Below, piece after piece: positions 9,704 through 18,174 of a DNA stretch of 64,000 nt. Under the pieces are notes generated by a model. The model worked only from the letters and a program-made list of their open reading frames with translations, was not told where the DNA came from and did not search any database. Location: the NCBI GenBank assembly GCA_965218585.1, contig CBDCLE010000003.1, positions 128,001 to 192,000 of the forward strand. The letters run 5' to 3'. The position numbers and the translations under genes are program-made. The DNA is from Terriglobia bacterium (GTDB taxonomy: Bacteria; Acidobacteriota; Terriglobia; 20CM-2-55-15). Numbering within the stretch: position 1 is the stretch's first letter; the number at the start of each line of letters is the position of its first letter.

Positions 9704-10714
9704 GTGAAGGCTCTGCTCCTGATTCCCGCCGTCTGTTTCGCGCTTGTTGCCGAGTGTTTCGCCTGGCCCGCCCCCGCGCCGGTCCAGGTGCGCCGGGACG
9801 TTTACCTGATGGGAACAAGGGCCTCGCTCGAGGCCTACGCTCCGGATCGCCAGTCGGGACTCAACCGGATTGAAAGTTTCCTCCGCATTCTAGAAAACAC
9901 CGACGAAGAGTTGAGCACCTGGAAGGCAGACAGTGTGATCAGTCGTCTCAACCGGCACCCTCTAGGTGAGAGCTTCGGGCTCAGTGCCTCATTGTGCGAT
10001 CTCTTCCCCAGACTTAAGACGTGGACTGATCGAACAGGCGGTGCCTTCGATCCTGGGGTTGGAACTCTCGTAGAAGCCTGGGGTCTTAACAGCGGAGGTC
10101 GACGGCCAACCGAGGGAGAACTTCGGAATGCGCTCGAGACTACGGGTTTCGGGAACCTTTCTCTGGACGCCGAGGCCTGTCTTGCCACCAGGGATCGAGC
10201 AGTGTTGATCGACGTGGGAGCGTTCGGGAAAGGCGATGCTCTGGACCGTGTCAGGGATTACTCAGTTGATGCCGGCTTCGATAGTTGGATGATCGATCTC
10301 GGAGGGCAGATCATGGTTCGGGGTGCGGGACCGGATAGAGGCGGATGGAGGGTTGACGTGGCACATCCCCTAAACCGGACCCAATCAGTCCTGACGATTC
10401 AGCTCAGGGAAGGCTCACTCGCAACTAGTGGTGGGTCGGAACGCGATATCGGAACAGGCGAGACACGCATCGGTCACATACTGAATCCCGAAACCGGGCA
10501 TCCCATCCGGACAAGCGCCACCGTTACGGTGTGGCACGAGCGGGCCCTGGTTGCCGATATCCTTTCGACCGCTCTCTACGTGATGGGTGTGGATAAAGGC
10601 CTTGCCTGGGCCGAGACGCACGGTATTGCGGCAATTTTTCTGATACCTGACGATTCGGGACAGGTTGAAGTTCGTGCCACTTCGTTGTTTGAAGAAACGT
10701 TTCTCGAAAACTAG
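9704..10714 (+). CDS. apbE: FAD:protein FMN transferase
   Basis: LMGT, GAFDP, DVGAFGKG, DLGG, ATSG, HILNPETG, ADILSTA. Confidence 0.95.
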   Translation: MKALLLIPAVCFALVAECFAWPAPAPVQVRRDVYLMGTRASLEAYAPDRQSGLNRIESFLRILENTDEELSTWKADSVISRLNRHPLGESFGLSASLCDLFPRLKTWTDRTGGAFDPGVGTLVEAWGLNSGGRRPTEGELRNALETTGFGNLSLDAEACLATRDRAVLIDVGAFGKGDALDRVRDYSVDAGFDSWMIDLGGQIMVRGAGPDRGGWRVDVAHPLNRTQSVLTIQLREGSLATSGGSERDIGTGETRIGHILNPETGHPIRTSATVTVWHERALVADILSTALYVMGVDKGLAWAETHGIAAIFLIPDDSGQVEVRATSLFEETFLEN

Positions 10715-10769
10715 TTCTTGGGGGTCCCACGCTTTGGGTGAGATTCCACCCTTCGGGCAAGAAGTCGGA

Positions 10770-10861
10770 TTACGCTCGGTCGTTCAAACGGCCATCCTGG
10801 CCGGGTCTTCTATTTAAGAGCAGGGCGTCCCTCGCAATCTTCCTGATTGCGAGGCCTTTCC
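10770..10861. repeat. Intergenic palindromic repeat family B (second copy 56815-56880)
   Basis: Shared CGCTC..TCGTTCA..CGG.CATCCTG.CCG...GCAATC(T)TCCTGATTGCGAGGCC. Confidence 0.7.
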
Positions 10862-10960
10862 CACATACCGTTTGGTTCGAGCAGACCCTGGAGGATCCGC
10901 ACCGGTCCTCCGGTGCGGATGGACAACAAGGCGCGAGGCGTCAGTGGTCAGCCCAACCCA

Positions 10961-11647
10961 CTAAACCGCCGCATACGCTCTTTCTGCCCCTTCAAACCGA
11001 CTGTTGCACGCATCCCAGTTCACGTTCCTCATAAACGCGTCGACATATTGGGCGGCAGCAGACCCATAGTCCATATGATAGGAGTGCTCGAACATGTCAT
11101 TGACGAGCACGGGTCGTCCAAAGCCAACATTGTCGGTGTGGTCGAACGCGATGTAATTGTGCAGGCGTCCGTCGTTGAAGTTGAAGTTGAGGATGGCCCA
11201 TCCGCTGCCGCCGCCCAGTGAAGCAGAGACCGCACGGAATTCTGTCTCCCAGGCGGAGAAGCTTCCGAAGTCCCGGGCGATTGCGTCTTCGAGTCCACCG
11301 GAGGCTTGTCCGTCGCCACCGAGAGTCTCGAAGTACTCTTCGTGCAGGATCACAGCGTTTGTTGCGGTCAACTCCTCCATCTTCAGTCCTTTTCTCAGGA
11401 ACCCCGGGGCGTCTGCTGGCAATCCGGCCAGTTCGGATTCGACTGCAGCCAAGCGGCGGAACGCACCACTGTAGTTGTTGCCGTGATGGGAAGTGATGAC
11501 CCTTTCCGAAATACCGTCCAGGCTGTTCGGTGCGAACGGAAGCGGTTTCAGCTGTCGCCCGCCCTGCTCCTGCGCACGAGCTTCGGTGGCGGCGGCGCCC
11601 ATGGCAGCTGTCGCGAACAATGTTGTTAGGACCTCTCGTCTGTTCAT
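10961..11647 (-). CDS. Fe/Mn superoxide dismutase (ChrC-like) with Tat signal
   Basis: MNRREVL twin-arginine signal; HH, LHEEYF, GSGW, DMFEHSY. Confidence 0.9.
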   Translation of the reverse strand: MNRREVLTTLFATAAMGAAATEARAQEQGGRQLKPLPFAPNSLDGISERVITSHHGNNYSGAFRRLAAVESELAGLPADAPGFLRKGLKMEELTATNAVILHEEYFETLGGDGQASGGLEDAIARDFGSFSAWETEFRAVSASLGGGSGWAILNFNFNDGRLHNYIAFDHTDNVGFGRPVLVNDMFEHSYHMDYGSAAAQYVDAFMRNVNWDACNSRFEGAERAYAAV

Positions 11648-11831
11648 CGTTTCTCCTTTCTGGATTCGAACACGCTACATCCGGAGCGATTCAAAGACAA
11701 CTAAACAAGTCTGGGTAACAGGAAGGACTGGCCGAAAGAGTTTCAGCTTACGAATGGCCTTGGATCGATTATGAACGGGTTTTTAGTTATATATGTGCTT
11801 ATAGAGCGCATCTGCGGGGTCCCAGAAGCCA

Positions 11832-12170
11832 TCACCGTGATAGCGCATACTCGTAGCTAACCTGCGTGAAGCAGTCCAGGTCCGACACCGGGCTGCAGTT
11901 GAACACCCGGACGCCACTGTTGGCCAGTTGGCGCGCGCCGTATTCCAGCATCCGCGCCATCTTCGGGAATTCGGTGTTTTCGTGGTCCCGGGAATGGAAA
12001 TCTGCTCCGAAGAAGTGCGTCTGCTTCTCCTTGTGCTTCAGGTCCAGACCGAGATAAACGACTTCGGTGAAACCCATATTATACGGCCAGTTGCAGAGAG
12101 AAATACGCAACGGTATAACCGGAGTGTATCCCCTCGGCCAGCCGGCCGGATTATTGTAAACAAATGACAA
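11832..12170 (-). pseudogene. Remnant of a DUF115/MptE-like protein
   Basis: GYTVAYFSLQLAV then a frameshift to YMGFTEVVYLGLD...THFFG...VFNCS; no N-terminus. Confidence 0.55.
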
Positions 12171-12202
12171 GACCCTATGCGATAGAGGCTGGAGGGAGCG
12201 GG

Positions 12203-14392
12203 CTAGAAACTGATGAGATTGGTTACCTTGACGATCAGCGCGCGCTGGACGAGCTGACCCCGGTCGGTGTCCCGGATGTCATTGTAGACGATGAATATGT
12301 CGCTCAGCGGACGATAGGTGAAACGGAACCGGATGTTGGAACTCACCTGCTGCCGATCCGCGTTGTATTGAACGAACGCATTGAAAAAAGTGTACGGCGA
12401 AAAAGCATAGTCGAAACGTGAGGCCAACAGGTCGGTCGTGAACTTACCGTTGGGAAGATCGACGCGGTTGTGGCTGTAATCGAGGGCGATCCTGAGATTG
12501 GGACTGGCCTTCACATCGACTCCACCACTGAACGATTTTCGATCCCCGTTCCAGAACTCTCCCCATTCATAGCTGGCGCTTCCGCTGAGCCTGTCGCTGG
12601 TATCGGTGTTGACCCTTGCAGAATAACGTCGGTACGTGTAATCACCGTCCGCAATCTGAATGTCGGGGCGGATATCGAACGGGTCCGTCAGTCGATCAAA
12701 AGTTTCACTTATGCTGAAAATGATGGATCCGCTGTCCCGCCACCGAACGCCCACGCTGGCGAACTGTTCCCGCGTTTCTATCTGTTGGGTTGTGCCGTTT
12801 TTGTAATAGTCCCAGCTGGCTCCGAAGACCAGGTTCCGAATAGCCTCACTACTCTCGACGAGCGGATTGAATCCAAATTCGCCGTTATAGTGCGTGTTGT
12901 CTCGGCGGCGGATGAAGCCGACTTCGGGATTGAAATTGGTCCCGACCTCGTTGTAGCCGCCCCTTATCGACAGTTCGGTGTCGCTCCATGCTGCCTGGAA
13001 CTGCCGCGCCTGATCCCGGCCGTTTAACCCCGGCGTATCGCTCCGCAGGATGAACGAGTCGAAACCCAACCGGTTGCCGTAGAACAGGAAGTGAGCGTCG
13101 GCGCCATATACTCGGTTGTAATCCCCGTCGACTGTGGAGTCGCGGTTGGCGAGCAAAGTTCCCACCCATGAATTCGTCAGAAAATTCCGTTTGACGCGTC
13201 CGACGAGATAGTTGTTTGAAGGCGTGGTGTCCTTGCTTTCGGTCTTCATTTCCAGGAAACCCACGTCCCAGCGTCCGACCTGTCCGGTCACGCGCGCCCC
13301 GCCGACGATGGGGATGGGAGTCCCGCCGGGGCCGAGACCGATCCGCCGACTGAAGAACGGCACCAGGTTGCCGCGATTTCCCCCGGCGCCGAACGTGAAA
13401 GTCCCCGAGTTCTCCAGAAAAAATTCCCTTTTCTCCGGGAAGAAGAGATTGAACCGGGTTAGGTTGACTTGTTGCGTGTCGACTTCCACCTGCGCGAAGT
13501 CGGTTCGGTACGTGGCATCCACCGTCAGGGATTGGTTGAGGCTGTACTTCAGATCCAAGCCACCGTCGTAGTCCTGATCAGTTCGGTTTGCGGAGTTACC
13601 CATCGAGGGTGTCGTCGTGAATCCCATAGTGGCAAAGGGTTTGACCCGGATGTTGCGCCCCTGCCGGATACCCTCGAGCCCGGTCAAGGTCCCGGCCAGG
13701 GAAACCCGTGTTGCTCTGAATCGACGGGGAACCGGCGACCACGTGCTCTCTTCGCTCAAGCCATTGACCTTGCGGGTCATGTTGAGGCCCCACTCCTGCG
13801 ACTCGGACTGCGAAAACCGGAGTGTCTTGAAGGGGACGACGAATTCCGCAGTCCACACACCATCTCCGCGAACTACCTTTACATCCCAGACACCGTCCCA
13901 ATCCTGATTTATCTCGCCGTCGTTGGAGATCTGGCCGTCGCGTCTGCCACCGACTGGATTCGTCCCAAACATGAATGCTGAACGGTTGTCATTGAGGCTG
14001 TCGATAATCAGGCTGACATTGTCGTTCTGTTGAAATCCGAAGTCCTCCCGCATGTCGCTGAAAGTCAGTCGATCCATATTCGGATCGTAAGAGTGATAGC
14101 CGGCGTAGAGATTCTCGCCGTCATAGAGGAAGCGCGCTTCGGTAACTACACCGGCAGGAAATCCCGTGTTGGGGAGGACCTGAAGGAAGTCCGTCGCCGG
14201 TTCGGCCAGTTCCCACACGGCTTCGTCGAGAAGACCATCAACAGTAATTTCGTCGTCGATCCGGACGGCGTAAACGATCTTCGTATCCCGGAGCGTGTCG
14301 TACTCGGATTCGGGGATGGGTTCGACATCCTGGGCGAGCAACGGAAGTGTGGTGGCTATCAGGGTCACGAGGACCGTCGTGAGATGTTTCAT
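12203..14392 (-). CDS. CBM9-like + DUF5916 outer-membrane protein
   Basis: Signal peptide, VDGLLDEAVW, WTAEFVVPF, TDFAQVEVD, LTRFNLFFPEKREFFLE, C-terminal F. Confidence 0.88.
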   Translation of the reverse strand: MKHLTTVLVTLIATTLPLLAQDVEPIPESEYDTLRDTKIVYAVRIDDEITVDGLLDEAVWELAEPATDFLQVLPNTGFPAGVVTEARFLYDGENLYAGYHSYDPNMDRLTFSDMREDFGFQQNDNVSLIIDSLNDNRSAFMFGTNPVGGRRDGQISNDGEINQDWDGVWDVKVVRGDGVWTAEFVVPFKTLRFSQSESQEWGLNMTRKVNGLSEESTWSPVPRRFRATRVSLAGTLTGLEGIRQGRNIRVKPFATMGFTTTPSMGNSANRTDQDYDGGLDLKYSLNQSLTVDATYRTDFAQVEVDTQQVNLTRFNLFFPEKREFFLENSGTFTFGAGGNRGNLVPFFSRRIGLGPGGTPIPIVGGARVTGQVGRWDVGFLEMKTESKDTTPSNNYLVGRVKRNFLTNSWVGTLLANRDSTVDGDYNRVYGADAHFLFYGNRLGFDSFILRSDTPGLNGRDQARQFQAAWSDTELSIRGGYNEVGTNFNPEVGFIRRRDNTHYNGEFGFNPLVESSEAIRNLVFGASWDYYKNGTTQQIETREQFASVGVRWRDSGSIIFSISETFDRLTDPFDIRPDIQIADGDYTYRRYSARVNTDTSDRLSGSASYEWGEFWNGDRKSFSGGVDVKASPNLRIALDYSHNRVDLPNGKFTTDLLASRFDYAFSPYTFFNAFVQYNADRQQVSSNIRFRFTYRPLSDIFIVYNDIRDTDRGQLVQRALIVKVTNLISF

Positions 14393-14582
14393 CAGCGTGT
14401 GTGATCGGGTCAAAAAACAAGGGCGCCGTTGCTCCTTCCTCTTGAAGCGCGACGCCCCTCTTAAAACAGAATCTCCATTATGCAGGAAACATGGTCTGAC
14501 GTGCAAAACGCGGATTTGAGACGATGGATTCCCTGTCGGAGTATGAACGTAGAACCGTTTATCGGCAGATGGTTTGCCGGAC

Positions 14583-15335
14583 TTATCGGGCCGAGCAGGG
14601 TGTTGGATTCCACCCCGAGTCGTCGGATTGCTTTCTGAACTGTGTGCTCGTGATGAAAGGCGGGCTCAGATATACGGGATCGACGACTTCCGTCACCACT
14701 ACGATCCACTGCTCGCCAGCGGGAGTCGTGATCAAGTCGTAGTATTCCGTTACGACGGCGTTTTCACTGTAGGGAACCCCGTTCTTGCGCAGGTATCCCT
14801 CCTGCATCCCGGTCGTAACGACTTTCAAATTGCCTTTTCGAGGGCCTCCCCGGCCGGTATTCGCGTATTCCCACTCGGCTACGGAATGTCCTTGCCGGTT
14901 ACGCTCTCCGGTCGGTGCCTCGGATTCTCCGAAATGGAAGAGCCGGGTCTGCATCCCCGCGTCCGTGTCGATCCGCAGCGTGTTCGCGTCTTCCCAGCCG
15001 ATGTTGAGGCGCCCGGGGATCCGCATGATGGCCGCAGCGCCATACGCCTTGCACTCGTTACCCGCAGCTTCGTCGGCGGCCGGATCCCAGGCATCGGCTA
15101 CGCTACGCCCCTCGGGGGTGAGAGGAACGGATTCATAGTAGCCTTTGGGTGGCGTCACCATTCGGACGCGCCAGTCTTCAGTGACGATCGAGACCCAATA
15201 TCCGGTGAGATCGATCGCTGCAGCGTCCTCGGCCGTCTGAGATTGGGCCTTAAGGTCAACGGGGTAGGTGAGCAACAGGGCCGTGGTGGCGATAACGCCG
15301 AGGCCAGTGTGTCGCAATAGCGTCTGGTAGTTCAT
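14583..15335 (-). CDS. Exported hypothetical protein (paralog family X)
   Basis: Signal peptide, DLTGYW, C..YG, GHSVAEW, YLRKNG, DPVYL, C-terminal Cys. Confidence 0.8.
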   Translation of the reverse strand: MNYQTLLRHTGLGVIATTALLLTYPVDLKAQSQTAEDAAAIDLTGYWVSIVTEDWRVRMVTPPKGYYESVPLTPEGRSVADAWDPAADEAAGNECKAYGAAAIMRIPGRLNIGWEDANTLRIDTDAGMQTRLFHFGESEAPTGERNRQGHSVAEWEYANTGRGGPRKGNLKVVTTGMQEGYLRKNGVPYSENAVVTEYYDLITTPAGEQWIVVVTEVVDPVYLSPPFITSTQFRKQSDDSGWNPTPCSAR

Positions 15336-15372
15336 TGTCTTCCGAGCAACGTGTTTCTCCCACGCATCTCGA

Positions 15373-15768
15373 TCAGTCGACGACTTCACCAGGACGCGTG
15401 CCCCACCCGAATCCATCTGCCGTTCGGTGGAGCGTGTTCATTTTCACTCTGTAGTCGGTGACCGTGCGCGAAGGATTCCCTGTGATAACCACCTCGTCAC
15501 CGACTTTAAACGTGCTGCGCGTCACGCCTTGTCCTCTGAGTTGGGAGGCGCCTCCCCACTCCACAGCCCAACGCTGCAACTGACCATCGGAATCCTGCGC
15601 CTCGATATGAACGAAGGCATGTGGATTGCGAAACATGAACCGGACCAATCGTCCCTCGAGTGTTACAACCCTTTCCTGATCATAGGTGGCCGAAAGAGAG
15701 TGGTGGGCGTGGGCCCCAACTCCAAACAGAAACATTCCGATCAGAGTCAGAGACAATCTGATTTTCAT
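15373..15768 (-). CDS. DUF6152 family exported protein
   Basis: Signal ending AHA followed by HHS; NPH, W.VE, GD.V.ITG.P. Confidence 0.85.
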   Translation of the reverse strand: MKIRLSLTLIGMFLFGVGAHAHHSLSATYDQERVVTLEGRLVRFMFRNPHAFVHIEAQDSDGQLQRWAVEWGGASQLRGQGVTRSTFKVGDEVVITGNPSRTVTDYRVKMNTLHRTADGFGWGTRPGEVVD

Positions 15769-15828
15769 GGCGTTTTCTCCCAAAAAGCGTTGATCATCTC
15801 ATCGTTCAGAAACACCGTCGTCCGGAAT

Positions 15829-16941
15829 CTAATTGGCCGACGGCAGGCTTTCATATACTGCCGTAAGAAACATATCCCTCGTCCTTGTGTTCGAACCGTA
15901 TCGTCCGTCGTAGTCCATCGTTGGATTGGCCGCCAAGACTTCTTCCAGGGTCATCCCCTTCTGAATCATGTCCTGGATCCGATCACGGATGATCGACATC
16001 ATATTGCGATAATTGGCTACATCGGCCACGTCACTGAGCCGTCCATGACCCGGAATGATCATCGTTCCGCCCTGCGATCTGAATTCCGCGTATGCCACGT
16101 CGAGAATGCGATTGAGTCCGTCAACGATACCCTGAATCGTGCCGCCATTCTCGATGTCTATCACCGGATAACTGAGCGTCGAATACACGTCACCCGTGGC
16201 GATCACGTCGGAATATCGGAACCAGACCATGGTGTCGCCGTCGGTGCTCGCTGCAGGCAGGTGAAACAGTTGTACGCCCTCACCGTTAAAGAATTGCGTG
16301 AGTTTATAAGACGGGTTCAGATATGTCTCGGTCGGCAACGCATCGCTGGAAATCGGAAGCTCGCTCATTCTCCAGAAGACGTTGTCATGGGCCAGTATGG
16401 CTGCGCCTTCCCCAGAGTCGGCAATCGTTCTGGTCACGTTTCCGCCTGTAAACGTAGTGCCGGCCAGGCTCACTATTTCATTTCCACCGGCATGGTCTGG
16501 ATCCATGCTCGTGTTGATGATGTAACGGATCGGCTTGGCCGGGCTCCGCGAGATCGTCGCTCCGTTGAAGCCCGGACCGGACCACCCGAACGGACTCAGG
16601 ACGCCGGCACAATTTGACCCGACACAAGCTGACGCCGGAATGGGCGAAGCGTTTACGGCGGCGACCAACTGCTGGACTGTTGCTACAAGCCGGTCCGCCA
16701 ACCGCGCAGATCCGGTGTCAACCAACAACGCGCCGTCCCTACCCGCGGAGACGGCGACATTACTACCGCCGTTGACGACCATATAGATGTTGCCGCGAAC
16801 CGGCAGGACATTGATTGCCGGAAGGCCGGCATCTTGAGTTCCCCGGGCCAGAGTCGGCCCGAATCCAGTGGCGGCAGTGATGAGGATGATGAGGAGTATC
16901 ACCCCGAGGGCCATCGCGCTCTGAGAGATGTTTTTAGTCAT
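15829..16941 (-). CDS. Exported MBL-fold protein (cyclase-like), degenerate metal motif
   Basis: LLVDTG, INTSMDPDHAGGN, TDGD, ATGD, IPGHG. Confidence 0.85.
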   Translation of the reverse strand: MTKNISQSAMALGVILLIILITAATGFGPTLARGTQDAGLPAINVLPVRGNIYMVVNGGSNVAVSAGRDGALLVDTGSARLADRLVATVQQLVAAVNASPIPASACVGSNCAGVLSPFGWSGPGFNGATISRSPAKPIRYIINTSMDPDHAGGNEIVSLAGTTFTGGNVTRTIADSGEGAAILAHDNVFWRMSELPISSDALPTETYLNPSYKLTQFFNGEGVQLFHLPAASTDGDTMVWFRYSDVIATGDVYSTLSYPVIDIENGGTIQGIVDGLNRILDVAYAEFRSQGGTMIIPGHGRLSDVADVANYRNMMSIIRDRIQDMIQKGMTLEEVLAANPTMDYDGRYGSNTRTRDMFLTAVYESLPSAN

Positions 16942-16962
16942 AACTGCCAGGGAATTTCCGTT

Positions 16963-17844
16963 TTAGTTTGTGCCGGTGTCTATTTCGGCCTGGTACTCGG
17001 GATATAAAGTTTTCCCGTATCCTCGGGCCGCTTCGACGGGTATCCCGAACTGAGCCGTCCACTCCGTCAGATATAAGTTTTCGCCCGGCAGGAAGTGCGG
17101 CACGTCGGGAGTGATGTTTTCACCCTCGACAACGGTGCAGGGGTAGTAGGTCAACTCCGAGTGCACATTCAGGGCGTAATTGATCGAAAAGATGTACGGT
17201 TCTTCCAGATACGTGGGTTCATCGATAATTCCGACGACCGTGAGAATATCCCCGTGCCGCGTCAGGTATTCGGTGACCTTCACCTGATCGGTGAACTTCA
17301 AGCCGTTGCGTCTGAAATAACTTTCTTTGAGATGAGTCGTCGTGACGACCAGAGTGTTCCCGTCCCACTCGCCAGTTGAGAAACCCTCCCAGGTATGTGC
17401 GGCATAGTCCGGAGGATGCGGGCGTCCATCCATGTATATTGTCCGGTCCATCGATCGGACCCAGTTGACGTGATAGGCGACGAGTCCCCGAGTAACGGGA
17501 TCGATTTCCTTGCTGATTCGCACTTCTCCCAAGGCGCGCCACACGTACGGGGTGGGGTGGGGCCGACATTGAAATTCCGGCAATCCCCAATCCGAAACGT
17601 CCGCCGTGTCTGCCCTCATTCGGCCTGCTTCAGTGAGCGCAAGTCCCAGGTAGTCACCGGGTGCCGGCCCGCCGCACTGCGGGGACGGGCAAGGACCGTT
17701 CGTCCTGTCCCATGCGTCCTCGTGGACTCGATCGTCCCACTCCCCGGAGAAATCGGTAGTTTGACCGAGGCCCGGCATAACGACGAGAAGGATCGTCAGT
17801 AACGACAAAGGCCCGACGATTCTGAGGTGTTGGACGGAATCCAT
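16963..17844 (-). CDS. Exported hypothetical protein (paralog family X)
   Basis: DFSGEW, QCRPHP, RTIYMDGRPHP, GFSTGEWDGNTLVVTTTH, YFRRNG. Confidence 0.8.
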   Translation of the reverse strand: MDSVQHLRIVGPLSLLTILLVVMPGLGQTTDFSGEWDDRVHEDAWDRTNGPCPSPQCGGPAPGDYLGLALTEAGRMRADTADVSDWGLPEFQCRPHPTPYVWRALGEVRISKEIDPVTRGLVAYHVNWVRSMDRTIYMDGRPHPPDYAAHTWEGFSTGEWDGNTLVVTTTHLKESYFRRNGLKFTDQVKVTEYLTRHGDILTVVGIIDEPTYLEEPYIFSINYALNVHSELTYYPCTVVEGENITPDVPHFLPGENLYLTEWTAQFGIPVEAARGYGKTLYPEYQAEIDTGTN

Positions 17845-17964
17845 GGCCCCTCCTATATAATAGACAAGTGGCGCTACTCAGATTCATGGCAGAGGCACAC
17901 AGATCGGCCCGAAACGGAGCGCTAACCCACACGTCGCAATGTCTTTAAAGCGAATATCGACGCC

Positions 17965-17992
17965 AGTCTAACAAACCAACTTGTGTTGTCAA
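17965..17992 (-). promoter_or_regulatory. Sigma70 promoter of the 17844-to-12203 operon
   Basis: TTGACA-16-TAGACT with TG extension. Confidence 0.55.
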
Positions 17993-18085
17993 TTTATTCG
18001 GGTCGAGGCCTCTGTCCGGAGAACTTCTTAGCGGATGAAACGTGATGTCTCTTGAAGGGACTCGGATTACCCGACCGAGGACAGT

Positions 18086-18102
18086 TCTTGTACCATACAA
18101 GA
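18086..18102. promoter_or_regulatory. Palindromic candidate operator upstream of metF
   Basis: Perfect 7-3-7 IR TCTTGTA-CCA-TACAAGA. Confidence 0.45.
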
Positions 18103-18174
18103 TTCTTCTGTAGGCGTGGGTGTCGCTAGGCACGCCGCACAAACTCTTGTTCCGGGAATCTTTGAGGCTATTGG

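Noticed and set aside
15427-16617. 396-aa plus-strand ORF, and similar long antisense ORFs at 23818-24801, 27775-28755 and 37433-38536
   Set aside because: Shadow frames of real opposite-strand genes in GC-rich DNA; no recognisable motifs
17845-18174. SAM or THF riboswitch upstream of metF
   Set aside because: Could not find the conserved cores of SAM-I/II or THF riboswitches by eye; an Rfam scan would settle it
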